DNA of 8,031 nucleotides from a virus: IMG/VR virus record IMGVR_UViG_3300008249_000001; one strand, 5' to 3'. Shown piece by piece: positions 1 to 5,725 of this stretch (position 1 is its first letter; each line of letters starts with the position of its first letter). The notes under the pieces were generated by a model. It saw only the letters and a program-made list of their open reading frames with translations, ran no database searches and was not told where the DNA came from. The position numbers and the translations under genes were made by a program.

Positions 1-123
1 AGGCCAAGCGAATAAATCCGTAAATAATAGGGGGTGGCTCAAGATCAAATGAACCAAAGTTAAAAGGTTTAAAATTCATATCAAAAACAAATTCTGGAAC
101 ATCACCAGAACTAGGCCATTGCA
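1..123. repeat. Terminal overlap, copy 1 (identical to 7909..8031); signature of a circular molecule written linearly
   Basis: Base-by-base comparison found no mismatch between 1..123 and 7909..8031. The repeat is bounded by both window edges. Confidence 0.95.
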
Positions 124-1030
124 GTTCTAAAACTTCTAAGACAGGCTGATCTGAAAACTGAACATGAGCATCATCAACAATCTGAGAAAGACCATTTTCA
201 TAAACAGACTCATAGAATGATTCAATTTCATCAGGATTAGGACAGGTAAAAGGACTTACAGGTTCTTCAGGCTCAACAGCATCATCAGAATAGGTAATAT
301 CCTTGAATGCAAAAATACTATAAAAATCATTATCTACACCATACCTATAATAAGTTGTTCCAAAATAAGAATAGGAATAAGTCGTTCCTGTTTTGTCGGG
401 CTGGTTCGGGTAAAGAAAAGGCCGAATAGTAGAATAAATCAAATCCCCGCTAAGATTATGAGTACCAATATCTAAATCATAACGATACTCAGGCAGTATA
501 AATACCGGAACGGAGGTGGTGCTTATAATCTTACTCCAAACATAATCCGCTGCCTCTTGCTCAGTTCTACAATCTACAGCCAAACGACTATTTGAATAAA
601 CAGGATCAGTCGTCTTTAATTTCTCCTTAGTGACGCCACTAATTTCTAAATAACAAGGTTCAGTATCATCCCAGTAATCTATATAAGAACAATAGGAACC
701 ACCTTGTGAATTAAAACGATAATGCCACCTAAAACCAGCATCAAGACAAGCACTAGAGCTAGTATAAGTAGATTGTAAATATGAAGTGGAAGGGAAGTTC
801 CAACACTTCTCATTAGAATCTAAAGTTGCACTTATCACGCCATCATTAACAACTCTTTTAGCAAATTTATGCCAGAAATAACCCTCATATTCACATGTTT
901 CTTGAGTACTAAACGAAGACCATTCACCCGAATCACCAAACTCAAAGCCAGCAGCTTTAACATTCAACGACTGAAACATGAAAAAAACCAAATAGCCTAA
1001 AATAACAAATCTTATAATCCTGAAAAACAT
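1..1030 (-). CDS. pIII-like minor coat / adsorption protein, paralog B (first 1030 nt; continues across the circular junction to the stop at 7859..7861; 359 aa in total)
   Basis: It is not in the ORF track because it runs off the window edge. The ATG at 1030..1028 lies 1 nt after the TAA of the upstream gene (TAAAATG) and is preceded by GGGGGA. Manual translation is open down to position 1, and 1030 + 50 nt = 1080 nt = 360 codons. The N-terminus MFFRIIRFVILGYLVFFMFQSLNVKA/AGFEF looks like a signal peptide. The C-terminal part aligns with the 356-aa paralog (PFTCPNPDEIESFYESVY ... GFIRLALLITAGFTCRFIIFGA). Confidence 0.75.
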   Translation of the reverse strand, partial: MFFRIIRFVILGYLVFFMFQSLNVKAAGFEFGDSGEWSSFSTQETCEYEGYFWHKFAKRVVNDGVISATLDSNEKCWNFPSTSYLQSTYTSSSACLDAGFRWHYRFNSQGGSYCSYIDYWDDTEPCYLEISGVTKEKLKTTDPVYSNSRLAVDCRTEQEAADYVWSKIISTTSVPVFILPEYRYDLDIGTHNLSGDLIYSTIRPFLYPNQPDKTGTTYSYSYFGTTYYRYGVDNDFYSIFAFKDITYSDDAVEPEEPVSPFTCPNPDEIESFYESVYENGLSQIVDDAHVQFSDQPVLEVLELQWPSSGDVPEFVFDMNFKPFNFGSFDLEPPPIIYGFIRLA

Positions 1031-1031
1031 T

Positions 1032-2102
1032 TTATCCCCCAAAAATCAAAGCGCGACACGTCCAAGCAGCAGTAATCAACATGCATAAACGTATAAAGGT
1101 AAAAACGTAATTTGGAACCGAAGTTGAAGAAGATCCGTAATCCATATTAGGCCCCATTTTGAAATCAATATTTAAATCAACAGCAGAGCCAGAGTTAGGT
1201 AAATTTAAATCCAAAACATCTAAAATAGGCTGATTTACAAATTCATTTTTTTGATCTTCCCAAACTTGCGAAATACCTTCTGGATAAACAGACTCATAAA
1301 AAGATTCAATAACATCAGGGTCAGGACAAGTAAAAGGATCAACATCACTAGTAGGATTAGGAGAACTATGACAAGAACTGTCATACCAATAAAAATTATT
1401 AGCTACGCAACCAGCCTCATTAAAATAACCCTCTGCAGGAGTTTCAATAATTTCAGCAAATTCATGACAAGCCCCACCATACCAATAATAACTATTAGCC
1501 ACGCAGTCAGACTCATTAAAATATCCTTCTGGGGGAGTTTCGACAATTTCAGGTAGATCATTACAAGTATTGTTATACCAATAATCACCAGATGCGACGC
1601 ATTGCTCAGCTTCAGTTAGTTCAGGCGAATTATTACAAGTGTTGTTATACCAATAACCACCAGATGCGGCGCATTGTTCAATTTCAGTTAGTTCAGGGGA
1701 ATCATTACAGGCATTGTCATACCAGTATTTACCATCTAAAACACATTGTTCGGCTTCTGTTGGTTCAGGATAATCATTACAAGTATTGTTATACCAATAA
1801 TCACCATCTTCCTCGCATTGTTCCTGTGGCGTTAACTCGAAACTTTTATAACAATAACGAAATTGATTTCCGCCGTCAGTCGTATGAAATACATAGCCAC
1901 CCTCATAATCACCAAAATTACAATTTGCGCTACTTGTAGAATAATCACCTGCACAATAATTAGCAGAACCTATACCAGAAGATGAGAAAACAGCATTACA
2001 GTTTAAAGTTGCTGCTTCTTTGTCATCTTCGTAATACCAATAAGTTGCACTATGCGCAGTACCAGATAAAAATAAAATAAATAAAATTAAAAGTGTTTTC
2101 AT
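1032..2102 (-). CDS. pIII-like minor coat / adsorption protein, paralog A, 356 aa, with a tandem Cys-YWY-Cys repeat array
   Basis: It sits directly after the major-coat terminator and before the pVI-like and Zot genes. It has a signal peptide MKTLLILFILFLSGTAHS/ATYW and a C-terminal hydrophobic anchor FTFIRLCMLITAAWTCRALIFGG. The weak RBS (only GGA upstream) fits a low-copy tip protein. Confidence 0.8.
   Translation of the reverse strand: MKTLLILFILFLSGTAHSATYWYYEDDKEAATLNCNAVFSSSGIGSANYCAGDYSTSSANCNFGDYEGGYVFHTTDGGNQFRYCYKSFELTPQEQCEEDGDYWYNNTCNDYPEPTEAEQCVLDGKYWYDNACNDSPELTEIEQCAASGGYWYNNTCNNSPELTEAEQCVASGDYWYNNTCNDLPEIVETPPEGYFNESDCVANSYYWYGGACHEFAEIIETPAEGYFNEAGCVANNFYWYDSSCHSSPNPTSDVDPFTCPDPDVIESFYESVYPEGISQVWEDQKNEFVNQPILDVLDLNLPNSGSAVDLNIDFKMGPNMDYGSSSTSVPNYVFTFIRLCMLITAAWTCRALIFGG
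1371..1838 (-). repeat. In-frame tandem coding repeats: three 72-nt units (1746..1817, 1674..1745, 1602..1673), two 96-nt units (1506..1601, 1410..1505) and a partial sixth unit
   Basis: Cys codons recur at 1817, 1745, 1673, 1601, 1505 and 1409. Each unit encodes C-x5-YWY-x3-C followed by an acidic P/E/T linker (PELTEAEQ or PEIVETPPEGYFNESD). The DNA units are clearly alignable by eye. Confidence 0.9.
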
Positions 2103-2112
2103 TTTTTAATCC

Positions 2113-2134
2113 AAAAAAAAGGGGCCTAAGCCCC
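2113..2134 (-). terminator. Rho-independent terminator after the coat-protein block
   Basis: On the minus strand the stem GGGGC/GCCCC (2130..2134 pairs with 2121..2125) has a 4-nt loop and is followed by T8 (2113..2120). Its position matches the terminator after gVIII in Ff phages. Confidence 0.75.
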
Positions 2135-2154
2135 CGTTCCTAAAAGCTTAGGAG

Positions 2155-2253
2155 CTAGAAACGCGGCCCCATTGCTTGAATCATTACGTATGCAGACATG
2201 CCGCCTAACATAGCGATGATTCCAAAAAATAAGGCCATGTTTGTAGACGCCAT
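2155..2253 (-). CDS. 32-aa hydrophobic peptide (pVII/pIX-sized putative minor coat or membrane protein)
   Basis: Manual translation gives MASTNMALFFGIIAMLGGMSAYVMIQAMGPRF. Its ATG overlaps the coat-gene stop by 1 nt (TAATG), which suggests translational coupling. It ends just before the terminator. It is too short for the ORF track. Confidence 0.45.
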   Translation of the reverse strand: MASTNMALFFGIIAMLGGMSAYVMIQAMGPRF

Positions 2254-2387
2254 TACGCTTTACGTACACCACGTTTACCAAGGTCGATACCTTTAAACGC
2301 CATTGCTATACCGATAACTAGAACACCTGTTGCAGAAACAAATGTTGCTACCGTTGTTAAATCTACCGCTGCGAAAATATCAGCCAT
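2253..2387 (-). CDS. Major coat protein (pVIII-like), 44 aa, no signal peptide (Pf3-type)
   Basis: Manual translation gives MADIFAAVDLTTVATFVSATGVLVIGIAMAFKGIDLGKRGVRKA. This has an acidic N-terminus, a hydrophobic core and a basic C-terminus (K/R x5). A strong SD AGGAG lies 8 nt upstream (2396..2400). It was not in the ORF track. Confidence 0.8.
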   Translation of the reverse strand: MADIFAAVDLTTVATFVSATGVLVIGIAMAFKGIDLGKRGVRKA

Positions 2388-2398
2388 TTTTATTACTC

Positions 2399-2635
2399 CT
2401 ACACTTTTTTAATAAGGGATTTTCCAACCCCAATTTGTGTGCCTAAGTACCAGAAAAAAACTACTGTTCCAAAAGCCCACCCAAAAACCCCTGCAATTTC
2501 TAACGGGTCAATCTCTACAGTTTGAACCATCGTTTGATACTGCAAGGAGTCTATAAGGACATAAGACGTGCATTCGAAATCTGTTTCGTTCGTTAAAACC
2601 AATTGATTAGAACCGTCGATTTGAAAGCAAGCCAT
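2399..2635 (-). CDS. 78-aa protein with a C-terminal transmembrane segment (hypothetical; at the gVII/gIX position)
   Basis: An SD AAGGAA lies upstream of the ATG at 2635. There is a hydrophobic stretch IAGVFGWAFGTVVFFWYLGTQIGV. The gene lies between the ssDNA-binding gene and the coat gene. Confidence 0.6.
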   Translation of the reverse strand: MACFQIDGSNQLVLTNETDFECTSYVLIDSLQYQTMVQTVEIDPLEIAGVFGWAFGTVVFFWYLGTQIGVGKSLIKKV

Positions 2636-2652
2636 CTTATTTCCTTAATTCT

Positions 2653-2964
2653 TTATGCTGTTCTTTTGAGTTCAGAACCTTCGATACCGACGACCCAGTT
2701 TCGTTGCGGATTTTCTGGTTGAACTTCAATTTTTAAATCAACAATACAAGGTAGACGGTCTTGGATAGCCGCAAACTGTGAAACCGCTTGAGGCTGTATA
2801 TCAATCTCTTGAGTTTCAAAGCCAAAACCAACAACCGTTCTAGTATCTGATTGAACCGGCTTCATTTTTACGCCATAAACTAATTTAGAAATGTCATAAG
2901 TATTACCTGTCTTTTTCGCTGTTCCGTAAGTATGGAAAGCATTCATAACCATCATTTTCGCCAT
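2653..2964 (-). CDS. Putative ssDNA-binding protein (gV-like), 103 aa from the internal start at 2964
   Basis: The track ORF extends to 3072, but that start has no SD and would overlap the SD and start of the plus-strand gene. The Met at 2964 is preceded by AAAGGTG 7 nt upstream. Size, position after rep, and a segment TYGTAKKTGNTYDISKLVY reminiscent of the Ff gV DNA-binding loop region support the call. The function is inferred. Confidence 0.6.
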   Translation of the reverse strand: MAKMMVMNAFHTYGTAKKTGNTYDISKLVYGVKMKPVQSDTRTVVGFGFETQEIDIQPQAVSQFAAIQDRLPCIVDLKIEVQPENPQRNWVVGIEGSELKRTA

Positions 2965-2987
2965 ATCTGTCACCTTTTTTAATAAAC

Positions 2988-3037
2988 GTTTCACTGTTTC
3001 ACTGTTACGCTGTAACATGATTCGCGGTAACGTTAGC
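2988..3037. promoter_or_regulatory. Operator-like repeat cluster in the divergent control region between the gV-like gene and the RHH-like gene
   Basis: There is a tandem GTTTCACT x2 (2988..3003), an inverted repeat GTTAC-gct-GTAAC (3004..3016) and a palindrome TAACGTTA (3028..3035). GTAAC/GTTAC half-sites therefore recur four times in about 33 bp. Confidence 0.5.
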
Positions 3038-3063
3038 AAAATTAACAAGGAGGTGCAACAATA

Positions 3064-3261
3064 ATGTTTCAAGTAACAAAGATGAGACAGAGAATGGCTA
3101 CTAAACCCGTAAGAATTGATCTAGATACATATGAAAAATTAGAACGGGAGGCAGTCAGGCAAACCACCGAAAAAGAGAAAATTATCCAAATTTCCACGGT
3201 GGCTAATGATATTTTAAAAGAGTTTTTTGCTTCGAAAGATGGAGGGAAAAAGAAAATATAA
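3064..3261 (+). CDS. Putative ribbon-helix-helix (Arc/CopG-like) transcriptional regulator, 65 aa; the only well-supported plus-strand gene
   Basis: It has the strongest SD in the window (AAGGAGGTG, 3047..3055, 8 nt before the ATG). KPVRIDLD (beta strand), TYEKLEREAVRQ (helix) and ISTVANDILKEFF (helix) fit an RHH layout. The fold assignment is inference. Confidence 0.65.
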   Translation: MFQVTKMRQRMATKPVRIDLDTYEKLEREAVRQTTEKEKIIQISTVANDILKEFFASKDGGKKKI

Positions 3262-3312
3262 TTAGTGCTTTGCTTTTGTGAGTAAAGAAAGCGCGCATCT
3301 ATAGGTTTATTT

Positions 3313-3429
3313 ATGGCCGTTGTAAAGGAAGTACCAAAGCCAAATGTAGTTAAATACCCCGAGCTAGAAATTCTGGCTAAAGGATGGGGCGTCACTTATC
3401 AATCATTAATTGAGGCAATAAGAGCGTAA
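3313..3429 (+). CDS. Possible 38-aa ORF downstream of the RHH-like gene (MAVVKEVPKPNVVKYPELEILAKGWGVTYQSLIEAIRA)
   Basis: Manual translation. It ends 5 nt before the terminator hairpin, and the segment LAKGWGVTYQSLIEAI is HTH-like. It has only a weak RBS (AGG) and is very short. Confidence 0.25.
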   Translation: MAVVKEVPKPNVVKYPELEILAKGWGVTYQSLIEAIRA

Positions 3430-3433
3430 TCTT

Positions 3434-3456
3434 AAAAGGGGCGGAGCCCCTTTTTT
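3434..3456. terminator. Bidirectional rho-independent terminator shared by the convergent rep and RHH-like transcription units
   Basis: Stem GGGGC (3438..3442) pairs with GCCCC (3446..3450) around loop GGA. It is flanked by A4 (3434..3437) and T6 (3451..3456). The rep stop codon (3455..3457) abuts the hairpin. Confidence 0.7.
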
Positions 3457-5044
3457 AATCTCCAATTAAAGCTCTATTGAATTTAAGTGTATTCAAAGCT
3501 TCATCAAACGATTTATTTTTTACATCTAGATATTCATCATAATCAGCTTTTTCAACATTCTTATATTTACCTAAAATAGCAATAGCATGAGCATAGTCAT
3601 CCGTTGCAGAGCGTTGAGCGCTTATGAATTCTTTTTGTGCCTGGTCAAAGTTTGATGATTTATCTTTTGTATTTTTATATTCAGCAATACGCGTTAAGAA
3701 ATCCTTATAATAATCACTAAAAGAGACATCATTGCCATAACAAACTTTATGTAAATAACGCGCATATTGTTCAATAGTGCAGGTTTCAGCATTATCTAAT
3801 AATTCAGATCTTCGACCACTAAGAACTATTTTTTTGAATTCAGAACGAAGCAATGTAGCAAAGACAGCGCATTCATTCTCATTAGCCTCGATAACTTCTT
3901 CATCTGTTAGTTCTTCATCCATGCCTAAAAACTCACGTAACCCCGTAGACCAATACAATTGACGTTTGTTTTTCATCGAAACAACAAATTCTTTAAATAG
4001 ATTACCGTAATGACTCATAAACTTTTTATCACGACGATCATCAGCTTTTTGAATATCAATTAATCTAAGAAAATCAAACGGAGTTAAGGACTCTTTTTTA
4101 CCCTTTTTAGAATGCCATTTTGTTAATTCTGCCGCAAAATCCCATTTTGGTTTGTCCTTAAGACTCTCTAAGATTTCCTTAACATTGATTTTTGAGTCTT
4201 CCATTCCTTTCGTTACATAATCAGCCGCTTTATCACTATTTTCATCTTCTTTTTCTTCAGACAATAAAAATCCATGCACCAAATCAGGCGCATCTAAACC
4301 CGCAGCAATACAGCAGGTTTGCCAAAGTTCAGGCATGCTAGAGTATTTTTCTCGGCCTGTAGGCGTCGTATAATAATATTCATCGAATAAAGGAGATTCA
4401 GAAAAAAGCAAAATATGAAAATGAGGATGAAAACCATTGTTATGAGAAAAAGTAACTTCAGTTGCACGAATAAAGCCCTTTACGCCAAAAGTATCACGCC
4501 ACCGCTTATATGATCTATGTTCAGTGAAACGACGAAAAGCCCCCGTAATACCTGTTTTATTCTTAGAATCGCCCCCAACTAATTCGCCAAGGTCATCACC
4601 ATAACCATGTCTAGTGGTTAAGCTAAGCATCGTTACATGAAGATTTTTTTCTTTAGCTTTGCGGCAAGCCTCGCGAACTTCAATCGCTCTACGTTCTGAA
4701 ACGATTGCACCACAAACAGGACAAGCCCAAATGTTTTGGCACGTCATTACATCAGCTAAACGGGCAGTATTGAATTCTTTAGATTTAAGAACCCCAACAA
4801 ATTCGCCAATAGCATAGCGGCAACAAGTTGAAATTCGGTGTTTTTCTTTTATGTCACTGACTCCGTTCGTCAAAACCAAACGGGCAGTATCTTGAAGGGC
4901 AAAGCGCTCTTTTCTTGAAGAATTAACAAAAATTTCACCAGTACTTTTGTCAAAATCAAAAGTTTTGGCCGCGCTTAGCACAATAGTTCCAAGGGGAGCC
5001 TGCATCGCACTCGCGCACGCAGGTTTTTCTATGCTATTATTCAT
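3455..5044 (-). CDS. HUH rolling-circle replication initiator (pC194/pUB110 Rep_1-like), 529 aa
   Basis: Motif I-like MLSLTT (aa 139-144). HUH motif GFHPHFHILLF (HPHFH encoded at 4415..4429). Tyr motif AADYVTKG (aa 273-280). Cys cluster CQNIWACPVCG (aa 102-112). Confidence 0.85.
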   Translation of the reverse strand: MNNSIEKPACASAMQAPLGTIVLSAAKTFDFDKSTGEIFVNSSRKERFALQDTARLVLTNGVSDIKEKHRISTCCRYAIGEFVGVLKSKEFNTARLADVMTCQNIWACPVCGAIVSERRAIEVREACRKAKEKNLHVTMLSLTTRHGYGDDLGELVGGDSKNKTGITGAFRRFTEHRSYKRWRDTFGVKGFIRATEVTFSHNNGFHPHFHILLFSESPLFDEYYYTTPTGREKYSSMPELWQTCCIAAGLDAPDLVHGFLLSEEKEDENSDKAADYVTKGMEDSKINVKEILESLKDKPKWDFAAELTKWHSKKGKKESLTPFDFLRLIDIQKADDRRDKKFMSHYGNLFKEFVVSMKNKRQLYWSTGLREFLGMDEELTDEEVIEANENECAVFATLLRSEFKKIVLSGRRSELLDNAETCTIEQYARYLHKVCYGNDVSFSDYYKDFLTRIAEYKNTKDKSSNFDQAQKEFISAQRSATDDYAHAIAILGKYKNVEKADYDEYLDVKNKSFDEALNTLKFNRALIGD

Positions 5045-5055
5045 ATGTGCTATAT

Positions 5056-5096
5056 AAAACCCGCTGAGGAGCTGTAACTCCTATGACGCGGGTTTT
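5056..5096 (-). terminator. Compound hairpin with flanking A/T runs, 11 nt upstream of the rep ATG (terminator/attenuator, or an ssDNA origin or packaging element)
   Basis: Outer stem AAAACCCGC (5056..5064) pairs with GCGGGTTTT (5088..5096). Inner stem AGGAG (5067..5071) pairs with CTCCT (5078..5082). On the minus strand it is followed by TTTTAT and then ATAGCACAT-ATG. Confidence 0.5.
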
Positions 5097-5178
5097 TTCC
5101 TTTTTATTTGTTATAAATTCAAAAAGCCCTGTAAAGCCTTTTAAATCAATTGTTTCTAATCAGTCGATTATTACCGTT

Positions 5179-5610
5179 TTATTCAGTGTCTGCAACCGCA
5201 TCTACCAAACGACCAAAAAGCCCTTTTTTCTTAACTACATTTTTTCGCTTATCTTCTAACAAAGCTTGAAAATATTGTTTGTCATTTTCTGTTATTTCAA
5301 GATTTTTTTCCAAGCCACTTATAATTTTTTCACTTCCTTTAGCTTCAGCTTGTAGCTTTGCATTTTCTATTCTCAAACGGTTTAACTCTGCTTCTAACTC
5401 TTCCTTCTCAAACCGTGAAGTCGTGTTACCTTTTTCTTTCTCACCATGAGAAACATCACCGAACACTTTTATTAAATCAGAGACTTGAACCTCTTTTACC
5501 TTTTGCGCATTAGAGCGAGAACTTATCTCACCTTTCTTGATTCTATGATAAATGGTTTTATTAGACTTACCGACCATTTTACCCGCTTCCGATACTGTTA
5601 CCCATGCCAT
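5179..5610 (-). CDS. DNA-binding protein: N-terminal excisionase/MerR-type HTH plus a C-terminal coiled coil, 143 aa
   Basis: SD GGTGAGGG lies 7 nt upstream. The N-terminus WVTVSEAGKMVGKSNKTIYHRIKKGEI is a typical HTH. The central segment EELEAELNRLRIENAKLQAEAK is heptad-like. Confidence 0.7.
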   Translation of the reverse strand: MAWVTVSEAGKMVGKSNKTIYHRIKKGEISSRSNAQKVKEVQVSDLIKVFGDVSHGEKEKGNTTSRFEKEELEAELNRLRIENAKLQAEAKGSEKIISGLEKNLEITENDKQYFQALLEDKRKNVVKKKGLFGRLVDAVADTE

Positions 5611-5696
5611 TCTAAAACCCTCACCTAGTATTACCTTTTAGATTCCAACCATAAGACATTAAAACATGTTGATGATGCAAAAAAGAAGGGACTTTT

Positions 5697-5725
5697 TTAA
5701 GGTCACGACATGTTTAATCGCTACG
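5697..5725. repeat. 29-nt direct repeat, copy A (TTAAGGTCACGACATGTTTAATCGCTACG)
   Basis: It matches copy B at 26 of 29 positions by manual alignment and contains the palindrome ACATGT. Confidence 0.8.

Noticed and set aside
1371-1838. Regularly spaced repeats that could look like a CRISPR array or a satellite
   Set aside because: The repeats are contiguous with no unique spacers. They are in frame and encode a conserved Cys-YWY-Cys peptide module inside a long ORF.
1251-1939. Track ORFs 1251..1556 (+), 1592..1939 (+) and 1403..1588 (-), which overlap pIII paralog A
   Set aside because: They are antisense or out-of-frame read-throughs of the tandem repeat region. Their translations are low-complexity and periodic (for example repeated QLQLVQ and HYK patterns) only because the underlying DNA is repetitive. 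They have no RBS. The in-frame 356-aa gene explains the region.
2965-3072. The 36-codon N-terminal extension of the 139-aa track ORF
   Set aside because: There is no SD at 3072. The extension translation (MKHYCCTSLLILLTLPRIMLQRN...) overlaps the operator cluster and the SD and start of the plus-strand gene. The internal Met at 2964 has a good SD.
3288-3315. A dif-like XerCD site (GCGCGCATCT-ATAGGT-TTATTTATGGC), with GCGCAT and TTAT at the same spacing as in bacterial dif
   Set aside because: It matches the gamma-proteobacterial dif consensus in only about 8/11 positions of the XerC arm and 5/11 of the XerD arm. Comparable partial matches occur by chance inside the pIII repeats (for example GGCGCATTG-TTCAAT-TTCAGTTAGTT near 1668..1693). 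The host dif is unknown, so I cannot support an attP call.
3069-3395. The 108-aa minus-strand ORF antisense to the RHH-like gene
   Set aside because: The translation is compositionally odd (runs of S, F and I, such as IFFFPPSF). I found no RBS, and it mirrors a plus-strand ORF that has an excellent SD. It would be worth revisiting only if strand-specific data contradict this.
3777-3962. The 61-aa plus-strand ORF inside rep
   Set aside because: It is antisense to a motif-rich Rep gene, its translation is serine-rich and low-complexity, and it has no RBS.
3455-5044. An internal in-frame start in rep that would produce a gX-like C-terminal protein, as in Ff gene II/X
   Set aside because: I checked the internal Met codons (MSHYGNLF, MKNKRQLYW, MDEELTDEE) and none has a convincing SD upstream, so there is no sequence support.
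5681-5700. An A/T hairpin (AAAAAAG-tccctt-CTTTTTT on the minus strand) as a terminator after the 57-aa ORF
   Set aside because: The stem is entirely A/T, so its predicted stability is very low. Such pairings are common by chance in AT-rich DNA.
5697-5725. The ATGTTTAAT core of the 29-nt repeats as an XerD half-site (compare ATGTTAAAT)
   Set aside because: There is no XerC-arm-like sequence at the correct distance. The two copies are direct rather than inverted, so they cannot form a CTXphi-style folded attP.
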